NCBI GenBank assembly: GCA_017886205.1
Contig: JAFNEO010000053.1
Location: 64,126 to 128,125, forward strand
Length of the DNA stretch: 64,000 bases
Source: Candidatus Aminicenantes bacterium
GTDB lineage: Bacteria > Acidobacteriota > Aminicenantia > Aminicenantales > UBA8522
Direction of reading: 5' to 3'
The number at the start of each line of letters is the position of its first letter. Within the stretch, counting starts at the first letter, position 1. Position numbers and translations under genes: made by a program. This document shows positions 47,659-57,107 of the stretch, piece after piece. Under the pieces are notes generated by a model. The model searched no databases and was not told the origin of the DNA. It saw only the letters and a program-made list of their open reading frames with translations.

Positions 47659-50600
47659 CTAGGCCTTCTTCGTCGGCCGACCGGCATCCTCTCCTGCCGC
47701 GGGAAGCAGACTCATGACCCGGGCTATGGTCTCGGAGAGCTGCTTGACGTTGAGGGGTTTGGCGATGTAGTCATCCATACCCATCGCCAGGCATTTCTCC
47801 CGGTCTCCTTTCATGGCGTGAGCCGTCATGGCGATGATGGGGAGATGGAAGCCGGTTTCCTTTTCCTTGTCACGAATCAGCCGGGTCGCCTGGAAACCGT
47901 CCATCTTGGGCATTTGGATGTCCATCAAGATGAGCTCGAAATTTTCCTTCTCCAGGGCGGCCAGGGCTTCCTCTCCGTTCATGGCGCCTGTCACTTGGTG
48001 CCCCTGCTTCTCGAGCATGTAGATGGCCACTCTCTGGTTGACGAGGTTGTCCTCGGCGATCAAGATGCGGTAGGCATGGCGGACGGGAAGGGCCCCCGGC
48101 TCCAGTCCCTGGACGATTGGTTCCAGAGGCTTGGGGGCTAGACCGAGGACATTGAGAATGCTGTTTTTGAGCTCGGACGGCTTGATCGGCTTGCCCAGGT
48201 GGGCGGAGATTCCGACCTTGAGCCATGGTGATGCATCGACGCGGTTGCTCGAAGGGCTCATCATCATGATAATGGACCTGGCCAGCTCCGGGTTGTCCTT
48301 GATGTAGTCCAGGATGACGAAGCTGTCATGGCCGGGGAGGTTGGCGTCTAGAAGGATGATCTGGAAGGGTTTATTCCTTTCTTTGGCGTCGTCCAGGATA
48401 ATGATGGCTTGGTCGGCACTCTCGGCTTCTCTGACTTTAAGCCCCCAGAATGCTCCCCACTCGCTGATAACGCGCCGGGAGCTGGCGCTGTCTTCGATCA
48501 AGAGAAGGGGCAGGTCGGCGAAGAGCATTTTAGGCCGCAGGCTGGGCGTTTGGTCTTCCCTTTGGGGGATCATGAACCGGGCGGTGAAATGGAACTGGCT
48601 GCCCCTGCGCACCGCGCTCTCCACCCAGATGCGTCCGCCCAGAAGGTCCACGAGTTGAGAGGAGATGGCCAGACCCAGCCCGGTCCCTCCGTATTTTCGG
48701 GTCATGGAGCTGTCCGCCTGGGCAAAGACATCAAAAATGATCTTCTGCTTGTCTTCCGGGATGCCGATGCCGGTGTCGGCGATGGCAAAGTGCAGCAGGA
48801 TGGTGTCTCCTCCTCTGGTTTCTTCCTCCACCGATACCACGACCTCGCCCTTTTCCGTGAACTTGACGGCATTGCCGACGAGGTTGATCAGGATCTGCCG
48901 CAGCCGGCCGGGGTCGCCGATGATGTCCGCGTCAAGACGGGGAGGGATGGCGCAGACAAGGTCAAGCTTGTTCCTGTGGGCCTGGATGGCCAGCGGAGCC
49001 AGAGTTTCAAAGATGAGGTCTTCCAAATTGAATGGAGTCTTTTCGATCTCCAGCTTGCGGGCTTCGATCTTGGAGAAATCGAGGATGTCGTTGATCAGAG
49101 TCATCAAGGATTCGGCCGAAGATTTGATCCCCCGCAGGTACTCCCGCTGCTCGGGCGTCAGGTTGCTGTCGAGGGCGAGCTCCGTCATCCCCAGAATCCC
49201 GTTCATCGGGGTCCGGATCTCGTGGCTGATGTTGGTCAGGAAATCGGTCTTGGCCTTGCTTGCAGCCAGGGCCTCCTGACGGACCCGGACGAGCTCGGAC
49301 ACGTCCGCCAGGTTGAGGATCAAACCCCCGTACTCGCCGTTGACGTAAGTGGGCTTGATCCGGAACATGACCTCCATGTCGGCTAGAGTCCTCTGGACCT
49401 CTACGGGAGGAGAGTTGATCGTCTTCCGGAACGTCTCGATATACGCCTTCAAAGTGTCGAGGACCTCCCCGAGATGGACGTCCCAGAGGGTCTGTCCAAG
49501 AAGCTGGCTCTTCTCCTTCTTCAAGACGCGGAGAAAATAGTCGTTGACCTCGACGATCCGGTCCGCCGTGTCGGCGTAGACGACACCCTCCTCAATTCCG
49601 GAAATGATGGCCGTTAGCTTGCTCGTTTCTTTCTTAATGGCTTCTTCGGCCCGTTTCCGGTCATGGGCTTCGACAAAGGCGGTGGCCAGCGCCTCAACGG
49701 CCTTCTGGTCATCCCGATCGTATCCGCCGTCTTTGTTGGCCAGCGCCAGTACCCCGGTCGGCTTGTCGGCATGTTTCAAGGGAACGACGAGGAGGTTGTG
49801 GACTTCGGGATGACCGATGGGAATGCCGACCCGGGCCGGGTGAGTTGCCGGGCTGTTGATCAGGTGGGCTTTTCCATCTTTGAGCGCCTCCGCCCAGAGG
49901 CCCCTAAGTTTCATGTTATTGATCAGTATCGGAGCGTTGGATTTGGGGATCCGGCAAGCCTTCCATCCTGGATCGCTCATCGAGATCGTGTCCAGGCGGT
50001 CTCTAGCGTTGACTTCGCCTATAAACCCGAACTTGCTGTCGGTGAGGCTTTCGGCGAGGTGGAGGCAGAAGGCCGCCAGGTCGGAGTCGCTCTCGTCGCT
50101 GATGGACTTCTGGAGGAGCTTGTTGATAGCCTCGAGGAGCATGTTCTGCTTCAGGATCTGGGTCTCGGAGTAGCGCCGTTCGGTGATGTCCTTGTCCATG
50201 CCGCGGTAGCCGACAAGCCCGTTTTTGTCGTCCAGTATGGGCACAGCATTGGTCTGCAGGCAGACCAGACGGCCGTTCTTACTCAGGTTCCAGTTCACCA
50301 GGTCAATAAAGGGTTGCCTTTCCGCCATCAGTTGGTTATAGATCTGGCGGACGCGGGCGGCTTCATTCTTGGGCATGAGGTCGAACGGTGTTTTCCCGAG
50401 GATCTCTTCACTTTCGTATCCCAAGATCTGTTTGACCTTACCCGAGGCAAAAGTGAAGATCCCGTTCGTGTCAACCTCCCAGATCCAGTCCGCCGAGCTC
50501 AGGGCGATGTCCTGGAACCTCTTTTCGGATTTCCTCAGTTCCTCCAGGATCCTTTTTTGGTCCGATATATCCCGGTAGATTCCGAATACGGCCTCGAGTT

Positions 50601-50991
50601 CTCCCCCCGCGAAGATGGGGGAGGCGATGACGGAAACGGGGATGGTCCGGCCGTCCTTACGTCGGCGGACCGTTTCGATGGCGACCTTCTCGCCGCGGAT
50701 GACCCTTTGCGTGATCGAGACGGCCGCTTCCATCTGGTCTTGAGGCACGATCAATTCATCAAGAGCCCGACCGAAGATTTCCTCGGCGGCGTAACCAAAG
50801 ATCCTTTGGAATTCGTCGTTGGCTCTAAGGACTCGGCCTTCTTTGTCGGCGATGATGATGCCCTCCATGGCGGACTCGACCAGGTTCTCAAAATAGGCCT
50901 TTCCCCGGAGAAGGCGTTCTTTATGGCCGTCCTGAATTCCGGAGGTGCCGGCCGTTTCGCCGGTCGCGACCTTGCCTTCAGTAATAGTCAT
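47659..50991 (-). CDS. hybrid sensor histidine kinase (multiple PAS, HisKA, HATPase_c, two REC domains)
   Basis: H-box HEIRTPMNGI, G-boxes, and two receiver domains (DANLPGHDS, LMDIQMPKMDG). The ATG at 50991 is preferred. Confidence 0.85.
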   Translation of the reverse strand: MTITEGKVATGETAGTSGIQDGHKERLLRGKAYFENLVESAMEGIIIADKEGRVLRANDEFQRIFGYAAEEIFGRALDELIVPQDQMEAAVSITQRVIRGEKVAIETVRRRKDGRTIPVSVIASPIFAGGELEAVFGIYRDISDQKRILEELRKSEKRFQDIALSSADWIWEVDTNGIFTFASGKVKQILGYESEEILGKTPFDLMPKNEAARVRQIYNQLMAERQPFIDLVNWNLSKNGRLVCLQTNAVPILDDKNGLVGYRGMDKDITERRYSETQILKQNMLLEAINKLLQKSISDESDSDLAAFCLHLAESLTDSKFGFIGEVNARDRLDTISMSDPGWKACRIPKSNAPILINNMKLRGLWAEALKDGKAHLINSPATHPARVGIPIGHPEVHNLLVVPLKHADKPTGVLALANKDGGYDRDDQKAVEALATAFVEAHDRKRAEEAIKKETSKLTAIISGIEEGVVYADTADRIVEVNDYFLRVLKKEKSQLLGQTLWDVHLGEVLDTLKAYIETFRKTINSPPVEVQRTLADMEVMFRIKPTYVNGEYGGLILNLADVSELVRVRQEALAASKAKTDFLTNISHEIRTPMNGILGMTELALDSNLTPEQREYLRGIKSSAESLMTLINDILDFSKIEARKLEIEKTPFNLEDLIFETLAPLAIQAHRNKLDLVCAIPPRLDADIIGDPGRLRQILINLVGNAVKFTEKGEVVVSVEEETRGGDTILLHFAIADTGIGIPEDKQKIIFDVFAQADSSMTRKYGGTGLGLAISSQLVDLLGGRIWVESAVRRGSQFHFTARFMIPQREDQTPSLRPKMLFADLPLLLIEDSASSRRVISEWGAFWGLKVREAESADQAIIILDDAKERNKPFQIILLDANLPGHDSFVILDYIKDNPELARSIIMMMSPSSNRVDASPWLKVGISAHLGKPIKPSELKNSILNVLGLAPKPLEPIVQGLEPGALPVRHAYRILIAEDNLVNQRVAIYMLEKQGHQVTGAMNGEEALAALEKENFELILMDIQMPKMDGFQATRLIRDKEKETGFHLPIIAMTAHAMKGDREKCLAMGMDDYIAKPLNVKQLSETIARVMSLLPAAGEDAGRPTKKA

Positions 50992-51206
50992 GTGCAGTCC
51001 TTGGGCTCTACATAAAACGCAAGTTGATTTTAGCCTCCCTGGAGAAAGGGTCAATCGCCTTTCCAGGTGAAAGCCGAGGTGAAATTCGTTTACCATCCCT
51101 CACTGGCGGCGATGAGGAGGCCGTCATCTCGAGATGAGGAAAAACGCGCGGACCTCCTCCCGGAGCCTGGTCGGATAGCTGTTGTTAATCGTTAAAAACA
51201 GGTATA

Positions 51207-52241
51207 ATGATCAACGATTGCATGGAAGACCATAAACTCAGCCTGGTCTCATCGTCCCTCCTCCTGGTTTTCCTTGTCGGTCTCCTTCTCCGCCTCGCCA
51301 AGCCCGTTTTTTTCCCTTTCTTTCTTGCGATCTTCTTTTACTTTATCCTCTCCCCGGTTCTGGATGTCCTGGTGCGCCTGAAGATCCCCAAGGCTTTAGC
51401 CGTTGCCCTCATCATTGTGACTGCGTTCTTTCTCTTCTATCTTCTGGGCGTCCTCTTCTACACCAGCGGCCGGGCCTTCGCGGCTTCCTTGCCTGATTAC
51501 GCTCAGAGGATGAATTCGGTTTTGAGTTCCATGGCCGAAAAGTTCCATCTGTCCAAGTTTGACTGGGATCCCTGGCTCTGGAGCAAGACCCTGGATACCG
51601 GCAAAGTGGCCGCCTTCTTTCTTCGTTCGATGAATCAGGTCTTCTCGTTTTTCTCGACGTTCATTTTGATATTTATATTCCTTGTCTTCATGCTGTCGGG
51701 CCGAGGAAAACTCAAGACCAAGGTCGAGGGAGCCTTCAGCCATCAGCGGGCGACAAAGATCAACCAGATCATTGACAAGATCGATCGCCAGGTCCAGAAG
51801 TACCTGATCATCAAGACGGGGATCAGTTTCCTCTCAGGGACCGTGACCATGGTCGTCCTGTTGGCCTTCGGAGTGGATTTCGCCGTGCTTTTCGGTTTTC
51901 TGACGTTCCTATTGAACTTCATACCCACCCTGGGCTCCATCACTAGCATCGGTCTGGCCTCGATCATCGCCGCCTTCCAATTCGGCAGCATTCTTCCCGC
52001 GCTGTGGATCCTCCTCATACTGGCCGGCCTGGACGTTGTCATTTCCAGCGTCCTGGAGCCGAAGTTGATGGGACGGGGACTCGGGCTGAGCCCGCTGGTC
52101 GTCCTCTTCTCTCTATTCTTCTGGGGGTGGCTTTGGGGGATCCCGGGCATGATCCTGGCCGTGCCGGTCATGGCCGTCATCAAGATCGTCTGCGCCAACG
52201 TTCCCCCCCTAATCCCGGTCGCTGAGATGATGAGCGAGTAG
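51207..52241 (+). CDS. AI-2E family transporter (UPF0118/PerM-like)
   Basis: Eight transmembrane helices with a conserved C-terminal GWLWGIPGMILAVP motif. The start may instead be the ATG at 51222, because a TATAAT box overlaps 51207. Confidence 0.7.
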   Translation: MINDCMEDHKLSLVSSSLLLVFLVGLLLRLAKPVFFPFFLAIFFYFILSPVLDVLVRLKIPKALAVALIIVTAFFLFYLLGVLFYTSGRAFAASLPDYAQRMNSVLSSMAEKFHLSKFDWDPWLWSKTLDTGKVAAFFLRSMNQVFSFFSTFILIFIFLVFMLSGRGKLKTKVEGAFSHQRATKINQIIDKIDRQVQKYLIIKTGISFLSGTVTMVVLLAFGVDFAVLFGFLTFLLNFIPTLGSITSIGLASIIAAFQFGSILPALWILLILAGLDVVISSVLEPKLMGRGLGLSPLVVLFSLFFWGWLWGIPGMILAVPVMAVIKIVCANVPPLIPVAEMMSE

Positions 52242-52250
52242 GAGAGACGA

Positions 52251-52898
52251 TCAAGGCCGGGTGATGATCTTTTTCTGGTCCGAGAATTTCTTGAGCCTGG
52301 CTAATCGACGAGCCAGGTCCTGAAGATAGGTTCGGCCGGCCAAGCTGCCGTGGGCGAGAAACTTGACTCCCAGGATGACATTCTCCAGGCATTTGAGCTT
52401 CTCTTCAGTACTGTACCTTTCCACATCCTGAAGCAAAATGATCTTTCTCTGAAATCGGCATTGCTCGAGGCTCAAGAGAATCGCCTCGCCGACATCGTTC
52501 CTGACCCGGCCCCCGTCTTGGGAAAGGAGCACCCGGAAGCGGTTTTTTTCAACTTGATCCTTGGCGTACTCGAGCGCCAGAATGGCGTCTCTGTCTGTAA
52601 AGGCGGGATTCCGCTCGGCATATTCCTGCAGCGGGGCTTCGATATTCAGGGCTAACCAGTTCAGTCGTTCATCCTGCAGCACTTCGTTAGAAAACGTCCT
52701 CTTTTTCTGGATGATCTTGTTTTCTTGATAGGGTTTATGCTGAGTGAGAAAGGGGCATCCGGGCGGGCAGTGCAGCTCTTTTTCCCGAAGACATCCGCAG
52801 CAGAGCGGGCAGAGGTCCAACCCAAGGGCGGGACACTGTCTCTTGGCTTTCCTCTGCCTGCAGTGGGAGCATCGGGCTATGGTCCGGGCGTCCTTCAT
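52251..52898 (-). CDS. hypothetical protein with a Cys-rich N-terminal (zinc-ribbon-like) region
   Basis: CSHC...C...CPLCCGC...HCPPGC in the first 50 aa. Confidence 0.4.
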   Translation of the reverse strand: MKDARTIARCSHCRQRKAKRQCPALGLDLCPLCCGCLREKELHCPPGCPFLTQHKPYQENKIIQKKRTFSNEVLQDERLNWLALNIEAPLQEYAERNPAFTDRDAILALEYAKDQVEKNRFRVLLSQDGGRVRNDVGEAILLSLEQCRFQRKIILLQDVERYSTEEKLKCLENVILGVKFLAHGSLAGRTYLQDLARRLARLKKFSDQKKIITRP

Positions 52899-52914
52899 CA
52901 GGTGCAGTGTTCGA

Positions 52915-53655
52915 TCATTTCTTGAGCACGAACATCTCGGCCCTGAGGCCTTTCATCTTCGGGCCGAGAAGGCTCTTCAGGGCCTTCTGGGCCGCCTTTT
53001 GTTCGGCGTTCTTCTTGGAATAGCCCTTAGCTTTGGCAAGGGGATAATGACCCTGGTAGACTTCCACAAAAAAAGTCTTGCTGTGGTCGGGCCCGATCGA
53101 GGTCACTGTCCGGTAGGAAGGTGCCGGCAGGCTCTCCTTCTGGAAATATTCCTGAAGAGCGGACTTGTAGTTGTTGATCAGGAGCTCATGGGGGTCGGTT
53201 TTACAGAATGATTTTTTCAGCAAAGGCAGGAGAAACCCCCTGGCCGCTTCGTAGCCGTTGTCCAGATAGACAGCGCCCACCAAGGCTTCGAAAGTCCCGG
53301 CCAGGATGGTCTTCTTTTTGCGACCGCCGCTTCTCTCTTCCCCCTTGCCCAGGAAAACGTACTTGTGGAGCTTTATCTCCCGGGCGAACTCGGAGAGGGT
53401 CTCGGTGTTGGCGGCGGCTGACTTGTATTTGGATAAGTCGCCCTCCTTAAGACCTGCAAAGGCGGCACAGAAAAAATCCGCCGTGACCAGTCCAACGACG
53501 GAGTCGCCCAGGAACTCCAGGACCTCATTATCGGACGGCCTGTTTTCGAGGTGTTCAAAGGCGTATGAAGAGTGGGTTAGCGCCTGGCGGAGAAGGTCCT
53601 TGTTGGAGAAGTCGATGCCGATGGCCTTCTCGAGCTGGGACAGGGTGGTCTTCAT
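52915..53655 (-). CDS. rnc: ribonuclease III
   Basis: ERLEFLGDS-type signature (NEVLEFLGDSV) and a C-terminal dsRBD. Confidence 0.9.
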   Translation of the reverse strand: MKTTLSQLEKAIGIDFSNKDLLRQALTHSSYAFEHLENRPSDNEVLEFLGDSVVGLVTADFFCAAFAGLKEGDLSKYKSAAANTETLSEFAREIKLHKYVFLGKGEERSGGRKKKTILAGTFEALVGAVYLDNGYEAARGFLLPLLKKSFCKTDPHELLINNYKSALQEYFQKESLPAPSYRTVTSIGPDHSKTFFVEVYQGHYPLAKAKGYSKKNAEQKAAQKALKSLLGPKMKGLRAEMFVLKK

Positions 53656-54947
53656 GTCTGTGTGGAATAGTTAAACGGATAGACGACGCGACCGCCCCGG
53701 ATGGTCATCTGAGGGACTCCTTTGAGTTTCCAGCCGTCGAAAGGGTTGTTCCGGCTCTTGGAGACCAGACTCCGGACGTCGACGGTGACTTCCTGATGAA
53801 GATTGAGGATCGTCAAGTCGGCGTCGGCGCCCGAGGAAATCCGGCCTTTGCCGCGGAGTCCCAGGATTTGTGCGGGCCGCGTTGAGAACATCTCGACCAG
53901 CCGCATCAGCGGGATAACCTGTCTCGAAACGAGCCTATCCAGGAGTAGAGAGACGGCGGTTTCCAGCCCGTCAATTCCAAAGAGAGCCTGGGCAAACCCG
54001 ACTTCTTTCTGCTCGGGGGAATGGGGGGCATGGTCGGTGGCGAAGGCATCGACAACGCCCTCTTTTATAGCTTCGTGTAGAGCGCGGACGTCTTCAGCGC
54101 TTCGCACCGGAGGATTGACCTTGAGGTTAGGGTCGCGCTTTTCGAGGGCGCTCTCCGACAGGACGAGATGGTGAGGAGTAACCTCGGCGGTGACCTGGAT
54201 TTTTCTCCGCTTGGCCTCTCGGACGAGGTCAACGGCTCCCCGGGTGCTGAGGTGAGCGATATGCACACGGGCGCCCGCAGCGCCGGCGAGTATGATGTCC
54301 CGGGAAACCATGATATCCTCGGCCGCAGCGGGCATACCCGGGAGGCCCAAAAGGAAAGAAGTCGGGCCTTCATTCATCACCCCACCCTGGCTGAGGCTGG
54401 AGTCCTCGCAGTGGTCGATGACCAGAGCATTCAACCTCTTGGCTTGGTCCAAAGCCTGCTTCATGATCCGGCTATTCTGGACGCCGCGGCCGTCGTCAGA
54501 GAAGGCGACGGCTCCGGCGGCCGCAAGATCGGCCATGTCGGTGAGTTCCTCTCCGTCCAGCCCTTTTGTGATAGCGGCGATGGGGAGGATGTTGATAATC
54601 GCCCTTTTCCTGGATTCGGCGATGATGTACTCTGTCACTCTGCGGCTGTCGTTGACGGGGTTTGTGTTGGGCATAGCGCAGATGGTCGTAAAACCTCCCT
54701 TCGCCGCCGCCCGTGAGGCCGATGAGATGTCCTCCTTTTTTTCATGGCCGGGCTCTCTGACGTGGGTGTGCATGTCGATGAAACCGGGGGCCACTACGAG
54801 CCGAGAGGCGTCGATCGTGGGAGCATCGGCGCCCTCAATCCGGGCTTCGACCGAGACGATTTTCCCGTCAGCGATCAGGATATCCAGGGTCTCGTCAGTT
54901 CCGGAGGCAGGGTCGATGACCCGGCCGTTCTTAATCAGGAGTCTCAC
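53652..54947 (-). CDS. pyrC: dihydroorotase
   Basis: DMHTHVREPG metal-binding motif. GTG start at 54947 overlapping pyrR by 17 nt. ATGA overlap with rnc. Confidence 0.9.
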   Translation of the reverse strand: MRLLIKNGRVIDPASGTDETLDILIADGKIVSVEARIEGADAPTIDASRLVVAPGFIDMHTHVREPGHEKKEDISSASRAAAKGGFTTICAMPNTNPVNDSRRVTEYIIAESRKRAIINILPIAAITKGLDGEELTDMADLAAAGAVAFSDDGRGVQNSRIMKQALDQAKRLNALVIDHCEDSSLSQGGVMNEGPTSFLLGLPGMPAAAEDIMVSRDIILAGAAGARVHIAHLSTRGAVDLVREAKRRKIQVTAEVTPHHLVLSESALEKRDPNLKVNPPVRSAEDVRALHEAIKEGVVDAFATDHAPHSPEQKEVGFAQALFGIDGLETAVSLLLDRLVSRQVIPLMRLVEMFSTRPAQILGLRGKGRISSGADADLTILNLHQEVTVDVRSLVSKSRNNPFDGWKLKGVPQMTIRGGRVVYPFNYSTQT

Positions 54948-55527
54948 GTTCTTTTCCTCTCGTCCGCCGCTCTGCTTTCAAGAGGGCCGGCTCGATGATG
55001 AGGACTTCATCGCACTCGTCCACTTCACTAAGCCTGACTTGGACGAGCTCTCGCTTAGAAGTCGGAAGAACCTTGCCCACATAATCCGCCCGGATCGGGA
55101 GCTCGCGGTGGCCGCGGTCGATCAGGACGAGGAGCTGGATCGTCTGCGGTCTTCCCAGGTCGAAGAGCCCTCCCATGGCCGCCCGGATCGTCCGGCCGGT
55201 GTTGAGGACATCGTCGACCAACAGCACGTCCCTTTTGGCGATCGAGAAATCGATCTCCGTTTTTTGGACCATGGGTGACGCCCCGGTCTCGGTCACATCG
55301 TCTCGGTACGGAGTTATATCCAGCGTCCCGACCGGCACGTCCACCTTTTCGAGCTCCTTGATCAATTGGGAGATGCGCTTGCCGATATAGATCCCCCGCG
55401 TCCGGATGCCGATGATCACCAGGTTCTTGAGGCTGCGGTTGCGCTCCAGGATCTCGGTGGTCATCCGGATGAGGGCCCTCTTGATCTTGCTGGCGTCCAT
55501 GACTCTGGCCTTAATCTTTTCTTGCAT
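54931..55527 (-). CDS. pyrR: bifunctional pyrimidine operon regulator / uracil phosphoribosyltransferase
   Basis: PRPP-binding motif VLLVDDVLNTGRT. Carries a C-terminal extension of about 20 aa. Confidence 0.9.
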   Translation of the reverse strand: MQEKIKARVMDASKIKRALIRMTTEILERNRSLKNLVIIGIRTRGIYIGKRISQLIKELEKVDVPVGTLDITPYRDDVTETGASPMVQKTEIDFSIAKRDVLLVDDVLNTGRTIRAAMGGLFDLGRPQTIQLLVLIDRGHRELPIRADYVGKVLPTSKRELVQVRLSEVDECDEVLIIEPALLKAERRTRGKERETPD

Positions 55528-55587
55528 GATCCAACTCCTGGAGTAGCGGGCCTTCTTGAAAATGCCTTAAGAAGAGGAAAAAGTCAA

Positions 55588-56544
55588 TCATCTGCGTCCG
55601 GGAGCCGCCGCTGTGATATTTGTGCCTCTCTTTTCTAAATAGGCCTGGGCGGCAGCGATGTCTTTTTGAACCTGACGGATGAGTCCTTCCGGGCTGGCAT
55701 ACTTTTTTTCTACCCTGAGCTTGCGGAGAAAGCGGAGGCCGATCCGCCGGCGATAGAGCATTCCTTGGAAAGCAAAAATGTGCGTTTCGACCTGCAGACA
55801 GCCGCCGCCGAAAGTGGGACGGCGTCCGATATTCGTGAGAGAGGGATGAGAGAAGCCGAGGAAATCGGCCGCGGTAAGGTAAACACCCCGCGGGAGGATC
55901 TCATTGGGCGTTTGGATATTGGCCGTGCGAAAGCCGAGCTCACGGCCGCGGCCGGAGCCACGGACAACCCGGCCCTCGATCTCGTAAGGACGCCCCAATA
56001 ATGTATTGGCCTCGTTGATCCTGCCTTCATCAAGCAGTCGACGGATCAAGCTGGAGCTGACGACTTGTCCTCCCCTGATAGCCGACGGAATAGGATTCAC
56101 GGCAAACCCCAGGTTTCGTCCGAAACGTCTGAGGTCATCGACATCCCCTTGACGGGACCGTCCGAACCGGAAATTTTCCCCGATCACGACTTCCTTCGCC
56201 TTCAGGCTGGAGACGACGATGCGATTGACGAACTCGGCGGAGGTCAGGCCGGCGAAGGCCCGATCGAAGGAGGCCAAAAGGACAGCGTGGACCCCGGCGG
56301 ACCGGATCCCTGCCAGCCTCTGCTCCAGGGTCTGGATCATGGCGATTCGGCCGCCCTCAAGGACCCTCTCCGGATGCGGCGAAAATGTCAGGACGAGGGA
56401 GACCAGTTCGTTTTCCCGGGCCTTCTCGACAAGGCAGCCTAAAATTTTTTGATGCCCGAGGTGGAGGCCATCGAAGTTGCCTATAGCGACGACGGTTCCC
56501 CCCCGGAAAGCCGGGCGCTCGTGGAGCCCGCGCAGCACCTTCAT
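55588..56544 (-). CDS. ribF: bifunctional riboflavin kinase / FMN adenylyltransferase
   Basis: GNFDGLHLGHQ nucleotidyltransferase motif and a C-terminal riboflavin kinase domain. Confidence 0.9.
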   Translation of the reverse strand: MKVLRGLHERPAFRGGTVVAIGNFDGLHLGHQKILGCLVEKARENELVSLVLTFSPHPERVLEGGRIAMIQTLEQRLAGIRSAGVHAVLLASFDRAFAGLTSAEFVNRIVVSSLKAKEVVIGENFRFGRSRQGDVDDLRRFGRNLGFAVNPIPSAIRGGQVVSSSLIRRLLDEGRINEANTLLGRPYEIEGRVVRGSGRGRELGFRTANIQTPNEILPRGVYLTAADFLGFSHPSLTNIGRRPTFGGGCLQVETHIFAFQGMLYRRRIGLRFLRKLRVEKKYASPEGLIRQVQKDIAAAQAYLEKRGTNITAAAPGRR

Positions 56545-56548
56545 GGGA

Positions 56549-56875
56549 TCAGACGGTGATGACCTTGGATTTCTCTAGGTAGCGCATCCTGAGCTGCTGG
56601 AGGCAGGAATCGAGGGATCTTTCCTCATCCGCCTGCAAGTTTCCTCTGGTCCGGTTCTTGAGGAGGTCAAGGATATCGATGAGCCTCCGGGCCAAGTCCA
56701 GGTTCACTTCAGGCTCAGACTTGTCCGCGTCGCCCAGGAGGCCGAGCTTGAGAAGGGCTTGGGAATAAAAGGGAAAAACGATGGAGCTGAAATCAAGGGG
56801 AGGCAGGAACTCCTGCCCGCTCCGCTCGCTCCGTGATTCGGAGCGTTCCGGGTCGCGAGAGTTCTTTTCTGTCAT
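56549..56875 (-). CDS. DUF1844 domain protein
   Basis: FSSIVFPFYSQALLKLGLLGD...NLDLARRLIDILDLLKNRTRGNL matches the DUF1844 pattern. ATG at 56875 with an AAGAGGA RBS. Confidence 0.6.
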   Translation of the reverse strand: MTEKNSRDPERSESRSERSGQEFLPPLDFSSIVFPFYSQALLKLGLLGDADKSEPEVNLDLARRLIDILDLLKNRTRGNLQADEERSLDSCLQQLRMRYLEKSKVITV

Positions 56876-57107
56876 CGTCGTCCTCTTGTGGAGATCGCCA
56901 TCTCCCGGGAATGGGAATTGATATTTATCGCCGCCCGGGCTATCGTTCTGAAGATTCATGCTACAATTTTTCTCAGGATAATTCAAGGGAGTCAGAGGCC
57001 TGGAAAGGGAGAGTACGACCGGACGACCCTTTGAACGGCGGGTCGAGACCCTGGCGGTCCTGCAGAGCGAGCAGGGACAGCCCTGGGACCGGGTTAAACG
57101 AGGAGGC

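Noticed and set aside
55528-55587. Possible PyrR-binding RNA element upstream of pyrR (UCCAGGAGUU)
   Set aside because: It matches the ARUCCNGNGAGG consensus only partially and coincides with the pyrR Shine-Dalgarno. More likely it is just the RBS.
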